Of a DNA stretch of 64,000 bases, positions 32,099 through 41,728 are shown piece after piece. The stretch comes from Patescibacteria group bacterium (lineage in GTDB: Bacteria > Patescibacteriota > Microgenomatia > Levybacterales > UBA12049), in NCBI GenBank assembly GCA_026004395.1, contig BPJB01000001.1, forward strand, positions 263,343 to 327,342, read 5' to 3'. The notes beneath the pieces were generated by a model. The model was not told the origin of the DNA. It saw nothing but the letters and a program-made list of their open reading frames with translations, and did no database searches. Every line of letters starts with the position of its first letter. Within the stretch, counting starts at the first letter, position 1. Made by a program: the position numbers and the translations under genes.

Positions 32099-32631
32099 TA
32101 AAAGTAGCCATTGGTTCCAAAAATCCAGTAAAGATTGCAGCTGTAAAAGAGGCGTTTCTGCTTGTCTGGCCTGAAAAGAAATTTACTTTTGAAGCTGTTG
32201 AAGTACAATCTGGTGTCTCAGATCAGCCGATGAGCGATGAAGAGAGTATTATTGGAGCTCGTAATAGAGCAAAAAGATCTCGTGAAATCCTCTCTGCTGA
32301 ATATGGAATTGGTATTGAAGGAGGTATGCAGCATATTGGAAATAAGTGGTTCGACTGTGGTGTTATCGTGGTTCAGAGAAAAGATGGGAAAGAAGGCATT
32401 GCTTCATCAATTAGGATGGAAGTACCTCCAAAAATGCTAACTCTAATCATGCAAGGAATGGAACTCGGAGAAGCTTGTGACATTATCTTTAATAAGAAAA
32501 ATTCAAAACAAAATATGGGTCATTTTGGACTTATGACCAACGGAGTTATCTCTCGTCAACATGGATATAGGGATGGTGTTATAGCTGCTCTTGCGGTATT
32601 TCTTCATCCGGATTTATTTCAAGAAAAGTAA
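32095..32631 (+). CDS. yjjX: Inosine/xanthosine triphosphatase
   Basis: GSKNPVKI.AV, SGVSDQP, GARNRA, GIEGG, ELG, GLMT. Confidence 0.92.
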   Translation: MIKVAIGSKNPVKIAAVKEAFLLVWPEKKFTFEAVEVQSGVSDQPMSDEESIIGARNRAKRSREILSAEYGIGIEGGMQHIGNKWFDCGVIVVQRKDGKEGIASSIRMEVPPKMLTLIMQGMELGEACDIIFNKKNSKQNMGHFGLMTNGVISRQHGYRDGVIAALAVFLHPDLFQEK

Positions 32632-33252
32632 CTATACATAAAGATCTTGAAGAACATCATTTATTTCCTTTTTTCCTCTTGCTGGTGCGTACTCCCGTCC
32701 ATATAAAATAAGAAGGTGAGGAAATTCAATCCACCATTTTTTAGGAACTATCTTCATTAAGTCTTGCTCTATCTTTTCAGGGTCTTTTTGGTCAGTAAGT
32801 CCGAGTCTGCGTGCCAGTCGCATGACATGTGTATCCACAACAATTCCTTCAGATTTACCAAAAGCATTTCCTAAAACGACGTTTGCGGTTTTACGTGCGA
32901 CTCCAGGAAGTGCGTCAAGTTCTTCCATTGTATCTGGAACTCTGCCAGCATGTTTTTTGACAATCTGTTCTGCTGCAGATTTAATCGCTTTTGCTTTATT
33001 ATGATGAAAGTTTATTGTCTTAATCATTTGATCTATTTCTTCAACTGATGCATTGGCAAAATCTTCAGCAGTTTTGAATTTTTTAAAAAGAGCAGGTGTT
33101 ACTAAATTTACTTGCTTGTCTGTTGCTTGTGCCGAAAGAATAGTTGCGACGAGGAGTTCAAAAGGATTGGAGAAATGAAGAGCTGTTTTTGGCTTGGGAA
33201 AAATTTTTTTTAGCCGGGTATAGACCTCTATGACTTTTTCTTCTTTTGTCAT
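32632..33252 (-). CDS. nth: Endonuclease III lacking the Fe-S cluster motif
   Basis: FELLVATILSAQATD, HhH LPGVARKTANVVL, VDTHV; no cysteine anywhere. Confidence 0.9.
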   Translation of the reverse strand: MTKEEKVIEVYTRLKKIFPKPKTALHFSNPFELLVATILSAQATDKQVNLVTPALFKKFKTAEDFANASVEEIDQMIKTINFHHNKAKAIKSAAEQIVKKHAGRVPDTMEELDALPGVARKTANVVLGNAFGKSEGIVVDTHVMRLARRLGLTDQKDPEKIEQDLMKIVPKKWWIEFPHLLILYGREYAPARGKKEINDVLQDLYV

Positions 33253-33338
33253 GTATTTATTATAATCTAAAAGATAAGTTTTTTCACGCTTCAAAGATCC
33301 TCGTAGAAAGTTTGGGAGATCCTTGCTACTATGATTAT

Positions 33339-35075
33339 ATGATTGATATTCAATGGATGATAGGCGGTGAGGCAGGGTATGGGATCATGACAACAGGGGT
33401 CATGATGTCCAAAATTTTTACAAGATTAGGTTTGTCTGTATTTGATTATGTTGAATATCCATCCCTTATTCGTGGTGGACACAATGCATATTACGTTAGG
33501 GGGTCAGATGAGAAGGTATATTCTCAGAAAAAGACAGTTGACATCCTCGTGGCTCTTAATCACGAAACTATAGAAAAACATAAGGATGAGCTTGTACCTC
33601 AATCCGTGATACTTTATGACTCCAACTCTATAAAGCTAAAGAATGAGTTCTCCAAAGGTATTCTTACTATCCCCATTCCACTTTTAGACATGATGAATGA
33701 TCTTCAGATAGATCATCTCATGATCAATACTATAACAATTGGCGCTTCCCTTGCTCTTTTGTATGATGATTTTTCTTTACTTCAAAAAATTATGCAGGAT
33801 ACATTTATCAAAAAAGGTGAGGAAGTTGTTGCCATTAATACCAAAACGTCCAAAGCTGGATTTGATTTTATAAAAGAAAAATATAATGGCGTATTTAAAA
33901 AAAAGTTTAGCTTAAATCAACAAAGTTCTCTTTTGATGTCAGGAGCAGATGCTGTTGCGCTTGGTGCAATACGTGCAGGTCTTAAGTTTGCTGCTATCTA
34001 TCCTATGACACCTATTAACTCTATTCTCACAAAACTTACCCAACATGCTCTTTCCTATAACATTATTGTCAAGGAACCTGAAGATGAAATAGCAGGTATT
34101 AATATGGCAATTGGGGCATCTTTTGCAGGTGTTAGAAGTATGGTGGCAACCTCAGGCGGAGGATTTTCTCTTATGGTGGAGTCAGTAGGACTGGCTGCAC
34201 AGACAGAAACACCGCTTGTTATTGTCATGGGGATGAGGCCAGGTCCAGCAACAGGTATGCCAACATGGACAGAACAAGGAGATTTACGGTTTGTGATGCA
34301 TGCAGCCCAAGGAGATTTCCCTCGCATTATCCTAACGCCCGGTGATATTGATGAATGTTTTTCATTAACATTGAGAGCTTTTAATTTAGCAGAGAAGTAT
34401 CAGTTACCCGTAGTAGTACTTGTAGATAAATATCTGATGGAGGGTCATGCGACAGTTAAGATAGACAAACTTAGATTGGAAAATGCGTGGTATCGGATAG
34501 ATAGGGGTAAAATAGTGTCCAGTGCACAATTAAAAGGAATTAAAGATTTTAAAAGATACATTTTAACAAATGATGGTATATCTCCACGTTCGCTTCCCGG
34601 ACAAGAGGGTGGTATAAGCTTCTCAGGATCCGATGAACACGATGAAAGAGGACTTTATAACGAAGATGCAGATATGAGAGAAGCCATGATGGAAAAAAGG
34701 TTTAAAAAATTAAAAACTTTAGAAAAAGAAATACTCGTTCCTCAAGTTTATGGATCAAAAAATGCTGAAATAACATTGATTGAGTTTGGTTCAACTAAAC
34801 TTCCTTGTCTTGAAGCAATGAAATGTCTGCAAGATGAAGAAATAAACATAAATGTTATTCATTTTTCTTGGGTTCATCCATTTCCATCAAAACACTTTAT
34901 TCAGTTAGTAAAAAAGTCTAAAAAAACAATTGTTGTTGAAGGAAATTACTCAGGGCAATTTGAAGGAATTCTTAGAGAACGAACAGGTTTTGTACCTGAT
35001 GATCGGCTGCGAAAATACAATGGTCGTCCTTTTTATCCTGAAGAAATTATTGCAAAAATCAAGGAGATAATATGA
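33339..35075 (+). CDS. korA: 2-oxoacid:ferredoxin oxidoreductase alpha subunit (gamma-alpha fused)
   Basis: GGEAGYG, YPSLIRGGHN, YPMTP, EDEIA, TSGGGFSLM, RPGPATGMPT. Confidence 0.9.
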   Translation: MIDIQWMIGGEAGYGIMTTGVMMSKIFTRLGLSVFDYVEYPSLIRGGHNAYYVRGSDEKVYSQKKTVDILVALNHETIEKHKDELVPQSVILYDSNSIKLKNEFSKGILTIPIPLLDMMNDLQIDHLMINTITIGASLALLYDDFSLLQKIMQDTFIKKGEEVVAINTKTSKAGFDFIKEKYNGVFKKKFSLNQQSSLLMSGADAVALGAIRAGLKFAAIYPMTPINSILTKLTQHALSYNIIVKEPEDEIAGINMAIGASFAGVRSMVATSGGGFSLMVESVGLAAQTETPLVIVMGMRPGPATGMPTWTEQGDLRFVMHAAQGDFPRIILTPGDIDECFSLTLRAFNLAEKYQLPVVVLVDKYLMEGHATVKIDKLRLENAWYRIDRGKIVSSAQLKGIKDFKRYILTNDGISPRSLPGQEGGISFSGSDEHDERGLYNEDADMREAMMEKRFKKLKTLEKEILVPQVYGSKNAEITLIEFGSTKLPCLEAMKCLQDEEININVIHFSWVHPFPSKHFIQLVKKSKKTIVVEGNYSGQFEGILRERTGFVPDDRLRKYNGRPFYPEEIIAKIKEII

Positions 35076-35962
35076 CCACGTTAAAAGATTTGGAAATTAA
35101 TTACGACAGTCCTAATTGGTGTCCCGGATGCGGAGATTTTGGTATATGGTTATCTCTTAAAAAAGCAATCGTTGAATTAGATCTTAATCCGTCTAAGGTA
35201 GTACTTGTTTCAGGGATTGGATGTTCTGGGAAGCTACCTTACTGGGTAAAAACTTATGGTTTTAATGGATTACACGGTAGACCAATACCAGTCGCTGAGG
35301 GTATCAGACTTGCTAATCATGAACTAACAGTAATTGTTATTGGAGGAGATGGAGACCAGTATGCAGAGGGAGGAAATCATCTTCTTCACGCAATGCGTCG
35401 CAATGTCAATATTACTCTTCTGGTGCATAATAATCAAATTTATGGTTTGACTACTGGACAGTATTCACCTACCACTGACATTGGTGAAAAAAATAAAGCA
35501 ACTCCTATACCAACTGTTGAACCACCTCTTAATCCATTAAGTCTTGCGATCTCAGCTGGTGCGACTTTTGTTGCCAGAGGATTTGCAGGTGATACCATCC
35601 TTGAGACAAATCTTCTAAAGGAGGCAATCAAACACAAAGGTTTTGCAATTATTGATTCATTGCAACCTTGTGTGACATTCAATCAGAAGAACACATATTC
35701 GTGGTTTTATGAAAGGATCATTAATGTTAATGAAAAGGGCCATGATCCGACAGACAAAATGAAAGCGTTTGCTTTATCTGAACAGTGGCCACTCAAAAAA
35801 GCTTCGCAAGATGATGAAAAAGAACAAATACCAGTAGGAATTTTATATAAAGAGCAGAGATTATCATGGGAAGAAGGAATTCCTCAAATTGCCAAAATGC
35901 CTCTTGTAAAACAACTTCGTCAAGAGGTAGATATAAATTCTCTTCTTGATGAACTTCTTTAA
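35072..35962 (+). CDS. korB: 2-oxoacid:ferredoxin oxidoreductase beta subunit
   Basis: WCPGCGD, SGIGCS, HGR, TPP motif GDGD...NNQIYGLT.GQ, QPCVTFN. Confidence 0.9.
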   Translation: MTTLKDLEINYDSPNWCPGCGDFGIWLSLKKAIVELDLNPSKVVLVSGIGCSGKLPYWVKTYGFNGLHGRPIPVAEGIRLANHELTVIVIGGDGDQYAEGGNHLLHAMRRNVNITLLVHNNQIYGLTTGQYSPTTDIGEKNKATPIPTVEPPLNPLSLAISAGATFVARGFAGDTILETNLLKEAIKHKGFAIIDSLQPCVTFNQKNTYSWFYERIINVNEKGHDPTDKMKAFALSEQWPLKKASQDDEKEQIPVGILYKEQRLSWEEGIPQIAKMPLVKQLRQEVDINSLLDELL

Positions 35963-35984
35963 TATCTCTATTTCTCTATTATGC

Positions 35985-36012
35985 AAAACCCCGCTTGTTG
36001 AGGCGGGGTTTG
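35985..36012. terminator. Probable bidirectional intrinsic terminator
   Basis: AAACCCCGC-N8-GCGGGGTTT hairpin between convergent korB and the 48-aa Zn-ribbon gene. Confidence 0.75.
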
Positions 36013-36059
36013 TCATGTGTTTCTTGAGGTGTATTGTCCTCAAGAAAAAAATGAAAAGC

Positions 36060-36206
36060 TTATGCAGCTTTACCGATTTTGTACATCCCTGTACCACAAA
36101 CTGGACATTTACCCTTCATTGCAGGTTTGCCATTTTTCATAGTTACAGGTGTTGCATTCGGATCGTCACGCTTTGCTCGACATTTAACACAGTACATTTC
36201 TGCCAT
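36060..36206 (-). CDS. Small Zn-ribbon protein (DUF5679-like), missed by ORF track
   Basis: MAEMYCVKCRAKRDDPNATPVTMKNGKPAMKGKCPVCGTGMYKIGKAA*; GGAGGTGA Shine-Dalgarno upstream. Confidence 0.85.
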   Translation of the reverse strand: MAEMYCVKCRAKRDDPNATPVTMKNGKPAMKGKCPVCGTGMYKIGKAA

Positions 36207-36322
36207 CATTAGTCACCTCCTCTCAACCCATTAACAATATTAACTGGGATTCACGAGACACGTAGATATACTAGATATACGTTGCATAAGATGAGTTTGT
36301 CAAGATTTAGAATGTCAGCAGG

Positions 36323-36598
36323 TTACTTAAGAAAAAAGAATAATAAGAACTCTGCCAAAATAATAGCCAATGTTACAACTGTTGTTCGCACAAGATCCTG
36401 TCTGACAAAAGTATATTCTACGATATTTTTTGGAAGATTATTGTACGATACAGGAGATAAGGCAAAAGAGGGAGAAGACGATAAAATTGATGAGTTATTG
36501 TCTCTTAAATGACTGGTGTTTTCGATACTAATACTAATATTTTGACGTCGTTTGTCTGCTTTTATTTTTTGTAGACGAGTTTTTTTCTTTTTAGACAT
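36323..36598 (-). CDS. Small protein, basic N-terminus and C-terminal TM helix
   Basis: MSKKKKTRLQKIKADKRR...YTFVRQDLVRTTVVTLAIILAEFLLFFFLK. Confidence 0.65.
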   Translation of the reverse strand: MSKKKKTRLQKIKADKRRQNISISIENTSHLRDNNSSILSSSPSFALSPVSYNNLPKNIVEYTFVRQDLVRTTVVTLAIILAEFLLFFFLK

Positions 36599-36620
36599 AG
36601 TTGTAGCTTACGTTACACTA

Positions 36621-36650
36621 TTGACATTGAGGCTGTCAAGAGGCTAATAT
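36621..36650. promoter_or_regulatory. Back-to-back divergent sigma70 promoters
   Basis: TTGACA-N7-TGTCAA (a -35 on each strand); TAATAT at 36645-36650. Confidence 0.55.
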
Positions 36651-36658
36651 GAGCATAT

Positions 36659-37147
36659 ATGCCCTTGTTTATCCAAGTAATAGCTTTGGCTATTTTTTTT
36701 GTTTGGTTGCTCATTTTAACGTATCTTTTAGTGCAAATGAGTCAGCATTACAACATGCTTACAAAAGATATTTCTAAGAAAACTCTAACAGCATTTTTAG
36801 AACAGATCATCAAGGAATTAGAAATTAACAAAAAAAATATTGCAAGAATTTCAGAACAATGTGATAAAATAGAAAAAGACGGTCAATTGCACATTCAGAA
36901 AATTGGTTTATTGCGTTTTAACCCCTTTAAAGATACTGGTGGTGACCAAAGCTTTATCTTAGCGTTAGTTGATGCTCAAGATACAGGCGTTATTATTTCA
37001 GGTCTTTATTCTCGTTCGGGAACTCGATGGTATGCGAAGAAAGTAGTTAATGGCAAGGGTGTAGAATATGAACTTTCTGATGAAGAAAAAAAAGCGTTAA
37101 GCATTGCGCAAAAAGTAGAGAGTAGACCTCAGAAAATAAAAGTATGA
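36659..37147 (+). CDS. DUF4446-like membrane-anchored protein
   Basis: N-terminal TM; QKIGLLRFNPFKDTGGDQSF.LAL.D...G, YAK, LSDEEK. Confidence 0.8.
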   Translation: MPLFIQVIALAIFFVWLLILTYLLVQMSQHYNMLTKDISKKTLTAFLEQIIKELEINKKNIARISEQCDKIEKDGQLHIQKIGLLRFNPFKDTGGDQSFILALVDAQDTGVIISGLYSRSGTRWYAKKVVNGKGVEYELSDEEKKALSIAQKVESRPQKIKV

Positions 37148-38313
37148 AAAATCATAAACTTATAACCATACTTGGACTGATAGGTGTTTATTTGTTAGTA
37201 ACAGGCATTTCTTATACTGTTTTTTCTAAGAACACTACGACTGAGGAGAAGATTACTTCTCCAAAGGTAAGTAAAACAAATAATTATGAGGCACTTGAGT
37301 TTGATGATGACTCTCCCAAGACAGAAGAATGTCCACTTAACGGCGCAAGATACTCCAAGTCACAACGTAAATGGTGGGAAGGACATAGACCGCTGGGAAT
37401 AATGATTGAAAATCATGAGGAAGCACGTCCTCAGTCCGGATTATCGTTTGCGGATGTTATTTATGAAGCTGTTGCAGAGGGGGGAATAACGCGATTTCTT
37501 GCTATCTACTATTGCCAAGATGCTGGAATCGTTGGCCCAGTTAGATCAGCTCGCACTTACTTCCTTGATTGGATTTCAGAATATGGCGATTATCCTCTTT
37601 ATGCACATGTGGGAGGAGCAAATACACCCGGTCCTGCAGATGCTCTGGGACAGATTATTGACTATGGATGGAGTTCTTATAATGATCTCAACCAGTTTTC
37701 TATAGGTTTTCCTACATTTCGACGAGATGAAAGCAGACTTGGACATCCGGTAGCAACAGAACATACAATGTATTCGACAACATCTAAATTGTGGAAAGTA
37801 GCAGCCCAACGAGGTCTTACAGAAAAGGATAGAAAAGGAAATATTTGGAATGAAAATTTTGTTCAGTATTCTTTTAAAGATGATCCTAAAGAATCATCTC
37901 GAGGAGATTCACAGATAATTTCAGTTTCATTTTGGCCAAATCAACCCCAGTATGATGTACTCTGGAGATATGATAAATCCACAAATTCATATAAGAGAGA
38001 AAATGGAGGCAAACCTCATATTGATAACAATAACGATCTTCAGTTAAATGCAAAAAATGTTGTTATTTTATTCATGCAGCAAACGAATGCTAATGATGGT
38101 TATCCAGGAAATCTACACTTACTATATAAAAATAAAGGGAGAGGAAAAGCTTTAATTTTTCAAGATGGAAAGCAGATAACAGGAACGTGGAGGAAAGATA
38201 ATCGCGTTTCGAGAACTGAAATCATTGGACCTCAAGGTTCAGAAATAGAGTTTACGAGGGGAACTATATGGTTTCAAATCGTCCCCATCGGTGCTAAGAT
38301 CAATGTAGATTAA
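37144..38313 (+). CDS. DUF3048 (YerB-like) exported protein
   Basis: RPLGIMIENHEEARPQSGL..AD.IYEA.AEGGITRF, GPVRSAR. Confidence 0.85.
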   Translation: MKNHKLITILGLIGVYLLVTGISYTVFSKNTTTEEKITSPKVSKTNNYEALEFDDDSPKTEECPLNGARYSKSQRKWWEGHRPLGIMIENHEEARPQSGLSFADVIYEAVAEGGITRFLAIYYCQDAGIVGPVRSARTYFLDWISEYGDYPLYAHVGGANTPGPADALGQIIDYGWSSYNDLNQFSIGFPTFRRDESRLGHPVATEHTMYSTTSKLWKVAAQRGLTEKDRKGNIWNENFVQYSFKDDPKESSRGDSQIISVSFWPNQPQYDVLWRYDKSTNSYKRENGGKPHIDNNNDLQLNAKNVVILFMQQTNANDGYPGNLHLLYKNKGRGKALIFQDGKQITGTWRKDNRVSRTEIIGPQGSEIEFTRGTIWFQIVPIGAKINVD

Positions 38314-38401
38314 GAATAGTTCTTGTATTCAAAATCTTCTTTATTTATTGCAAAAGAAAGATTTTTTATATATAGTATAAGAACAGTTTACTTATACAAT
38401 T

Positions 38402-38977
38402 ATGTTATCTGACCTTATCACATCAAAGTCTCGTATTAACCTCCTTAATGTTTTTTTGTCAAATCCATATGAGATGTTTCATGTTAGAGAATGTGTGAGA
38501 AGAACAGGAGATGAAATTAACGCAGTACGGCGAGAATTACAGTTTCTTGAAAAACGTGGTATTTTGCAAAAAGAACAGCGAGCCAACAGACTTTATTATT
38601 TCCTTGATAAGGAGTATCCATTTTACTATGATCTTCTGGCATTAGGAGTAAAGACAATAGGACTAGGAGCAGAAGTCTTAGAGAACAAGGCTAAACTTGG
38701 AAAGATTAAATATGCTATGTTTTCAGGTCGTTTTGTGAGAAGGTATAAAAAAAATCCTGATGATGTTGATTTTATGGTCATTGGGACTATAGTTCTTCCG
38801 GAATTAGCTGTATTAATTAGAAAAGAAGAGCAACGTCTTGGTATAGAAATTAACTATACTGCAATGACAGAAGAAGAATTCAAATTCAGAAAAAAGCGTA
38901 ATGATCCATTTATTACTGGGATTCTCTCTCAAGTTAGGGTCATGCTCATAGGAGATGAGGAGGCAATGCTTGCATGA
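38402..38977 (+). CDS. Winged-HTH plus minimal nucleotidyltransferase-like domain protein
   Basis: N-terminal wHTH (FHVRECVRRT..EINAVRREL..L...GIL); C-terminal DVDFMVIG...EINYT.MT.EEF. Confidence 0.7.
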   Translation: MLSDLITSKSRINLLNVFLSNPYEMFHVRECVRRTGDEINAVRRELQFLEKRGILQKEQRANRLYYFLDKEYPFYYDLLALGVKTIGLGAEVLENKAKLGKIKYAMFSGRFVRRYKKNPDDVDFMVIGTIVLPELAVLIRKEEQRLGIEINYTAMTEEEFKFRKKRNDPFITGILSQVRVMLIGDEEAMLA

Positions 38978-40326
38978 GACAGCCATCTCCACTTCTTATT
39001 ATTTTCATTTCTTTGATAACGATATTGGCTGTTTTAATTAATTTACCAAATTCGATTAACCTACCGATAAAAATTTGGGGAGTAAATAATATTCGTCTTA
39101 TTAATCTAAATACATTTCTTGCTGCGTTTGATATTAAACGCGATTTTTCTTTAAAGAAAGGGTTGGATCTTGAAGGCGGGACAAGTATTACGCTTAAGGC
39201 TGATATGAGTGAGATTCCCTCAGCAGAAAGAAATAATGCTTTAGATTCTGCACGTGAGGTAATTGAGAGAAGAATAAATTTTTTTGGAGTTTCAGAGCCT
39301 ATTATTCAAACATCTAGATCTGGAAATGATTATCGAATCATTGTTGAAATTCCGGGTATAACTGATGTAAATCAGGCAGTTCAACTTATTGGTACAACAG
39401 CTCAACTTACATTTTGGGAAGAAGGTGCCAGTCCATCTGCAGAGTTAGCAACCGATTCAGCGGCATTGCTTCCGTTTGGAGTAGCGCAGATTCTAGGTCC
39501 TAATGCAAAGAAGACAGATTTGACTGGTAAAGATCTACAAAAAGCAGTTGTGACATTTAATCCTAATACAGGAGTACCACAGGTGCAGTTAACATTCACA
39601 CCTGAAGGATCTAAGAAGTTTGCCGAAATAACAAAAAGAAATGTTGGTAAGATTGTTGGTATTGTACTTGATAATCAGCTTATTCAAGCACCGCGTGTGA
39701 GTGAGCCTATTTTTGGAGGTCGAGCTGAGATTACAGGACAGTTCACTACAGAACAGGCAAAAAATCTTCAGATCCAACTCAACGCAGGTGCACTTCCTGT
39801 GCCGCTCTCTGTGCTGGAACAAAGATCTATAGGAGCTAGTTTGGGAAATGTTTCATTGCAGAAAAGCTTTATTGCCGGACTAATTGGTTTTTTGGTGATT
39901 GTTGTATTTATGATTGCTTTATATGGACAGTTGGGAGTGGTGGCAAGTATGGCACTTACAGTATATACGTTGATCACATTAGCGATTTTCAGACTTATAC
40001 CTGTGACGTTAACACTTGCCGGAATTGCAGGTTTTATTCTCTCTATTGGTATTGCTGTTGATGCTAATATATTGATTTTTGAAAGGATGAGAGAAGAGAT
40101 GCGAAAAGGCAAATCCAATTATGTTGCATTAGATCTAGGATTTTCCAGAGCTTGGGCATCAATACGAGATTCCAATATTGCAAGTCTTATCACTAGTGCG
40201 ATTCTTATGATTTTTGGTACCGGGATTGTTAGAGGATTTGCTTTGACGCTTGCTATTGGTGTTCTTGTTTCATTGTTTTCTGCAATTACATTGACTAGAA
40301 CACTTTTGAGAATTATTTTTAGATAA
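38974..40326 (+). CDS. secD: Protein translocase subunit SecD
   Basis: GLDLEGG, LNAGALPVP, TLAGIAGFILSIGIAVDANILIFER, DSN. Confidence 0.96.
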   Translation: MRQPSPLLIIFISLITILAVLINLPNSINLPIKIWGVNNIRLINLNTFLAAFDIKRDFSLKKGLDLEGGTSITLKADMSEIPSAERNNALDSAREVIERRINFFGVSEPIIQTSRSGNDYRIIVEIPGITDVNQAVQLIGTTAQLTFWEEGASPSAELATDSAALLPFGVAQILGPNAKKTDLTGKDLQKAVVTFNPNTGVPQVQLTFTPEGSKKFAEITKRNVGKIVGIVLDNQLIQAPRVSEPIFGGRAEITGQFTTEQAKNLQIQLNAGALPVPLSVLEQRSIGASLGNVSLQKSFIAGLIGFLVIVVFMIALYGQLGVVASMALTVYTLITLAIFRLIPVTLTLAGIAGFILSIGIAVDANILIFERMREEMRKGKSNYVALDLGFSRAWASIRDSNIASLITSAILMIFGTGIVRGFALTLAIGVLVSLFSAITLTRTLLRIIFR

Positions 40327-40345
40327 TAGGTATTTTTATTAAATT

Positions 40346-41263
40346 ATGTTAGACATCATTGGAAAACGAAATTGGTATTTTTTTGTTTCACTTCTTGTAA
40401 TTATACCTGGAGTGATCTCTCTATTTCTTTACGGATTAAAACTTTCGGTTGAGTTTACCGGCGGATCTCGTATGACACTTATTTTCCCCAAAGAAGTGAA
40501 TGAAAAAATTGTTTCTCAAGTTCGCAAAGCATTTGCAGAAGAGAAAGTAAATGTTTATACCATCCAACCAGCAAAAAATTCAGTCATAATTCGGACAGAA
40601 CCTCTGCAGAAACAAGAAGATATTAAAATTCTTTCCTCTCTTGAAAAAGAAGTTGGTAAATTTAAGCAGGAGTCATTTGAGACAATTGGTCCAACTATTG
40701 GCAAGGAGACCACACGTAAGGCATTTTACTCAGTGATGATTGCATCTGTGCTCATCGTTTTGTATATTGCATTATCATTTAGAAAAGTTCCTAAACCAGC
40801 GAGTAGTTGGAGATTTGGTATCACTGCAATTATTGCAGTTTTGCACGATGTGTTGCTTCTTGTTGGAATTTTTTCTCTTCTTGGACATTTTTATAATGTT
40901 GAGATTGATAGTCTTTTTATTACTGCTCTTCTTACTATTATCGGATTTTCTGTACATGATACGATCGTTGTTTTTGATAGAATACGGGAAAATTTACTCA
41001 GAGTAAGCGGTGTATCTTTTGAGAAAATTGTTAATGACTCAATTCTTCAGACCATAGTAAGATCTCTGAATACCTCCCTTACTGCTTTACTTGTTCTTTT
41101 TTCACTGCTTCTTTTTGGAGGTGAAAGTATAAGATGGTTTATTGTTGCACTTTTTATAGGCATATTAAGTGGAACATATTCATCAATCTTTAATGCAGCA
41201 CCACTTCTTGTTGTCTGGCACAATTGGGCTATGAAGAAAAGAGAAAAATCTAATACTCCATAA
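40346..41263 (+). CDS. secF: Protein translocase subunit SecF
   Basis: EFTGG, IGPTIGKE, LHDV, GFSVHDTIVVFDRIREN, GTYSSIF. Confidence 0.96.
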   Translation: MLDIIGKRNWYFFVSLLVIIPGVISLFLYGLKLSVEFTGGSRMTLIFPKEVNEKIVSQVRKAFAEEKVNVYTIQPAKNSVIIRTEPLQKQEDIKILSSLEKEVGKFKQESFETIGPTIGKETTRKAFYSVMIASVLIVLYIALSFRKVPKPASSWRFGITAIIAVLHDVLLLVGIFSLLGHFYNVEIDSLFITALLTIIGFSVHDTIVVFDRIRENLLRVSGVSFEKIVNDSILQTIVRSLNTSLTALLVLFSLLLFGGESIRWFIVALFIGILSGTYSSIFNAAPLLVVWHNWAMKKREKSNTP

Positions 41264-41281
41264 AAGAGATCATGATATTCT

Positions 41282-41728
41282 ATGCCAGATAAAAGTTCAA
41301 AACAAATTACTGTATTCGCAGGAGTGCTGATCAAAGATAATAAACTCCTTTTGATCCAGCGGTCAGAAGAAGAACTACCAGATGCGCATCTTAAATGGGA
41401 GTTTCCAGGAGGTAAATGTAATTTTGGAGAGACACCTCAAGAGGCAGTTAAAAGAGAATTTCTAGAAGAAACTGGAATTGAGGTTGATGTTAAGGAATTG
41501 CTTCCATTTATTTATACCAATTATTGGGAATACTCAGATCATAGTCAGCAAACTTTCTGCTTATTTTTTGTTTGTTCCTTTGTCAAGCAAGTTAATCTCC
41601 CAAATGACCATCATGTAAATACTATGAGGTGGTTTTCTAAAGATGAGGTAAAAAAACTGGATTCATTACCGGGGACAAGTGAAGTGCTACAGATTTTAGA
41701 AAGGGACTATCCTACGCTTCTTAATTGA
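41282..41728 (+). CDS. Nudix hydrolase (MutT-like)
   Basis: WEFPGGKCNFGETPQEAVKREFLEETG complete Nudix box. Confidence 0.88.
   Translation: MPDKSSKQITVFAGVLIKDNKLLLIQRSEEELPDAHLKWEFPGGKCNFGETPQEAVKREFLEETGIEVDVKELLPFIYTNYWEYSDHSQQTFCLFFVCSFVKQVNLPNDHHVNTMRWFSKDEVKKLDSLPGTSEVLQILERDYPTLLN

Noticed and set aside
35946-36212. 88-aa plus-strand ORF
   Set aside because: Antisense shadow of the real minus-strand Zn-ribbon gene and spans a terminator
36621-36639. TTGACA-N7-TGTCAA palindrome as a repressor operator
   Set aside because: More simply explained as two back-to-back -35 elements of divergent promoters
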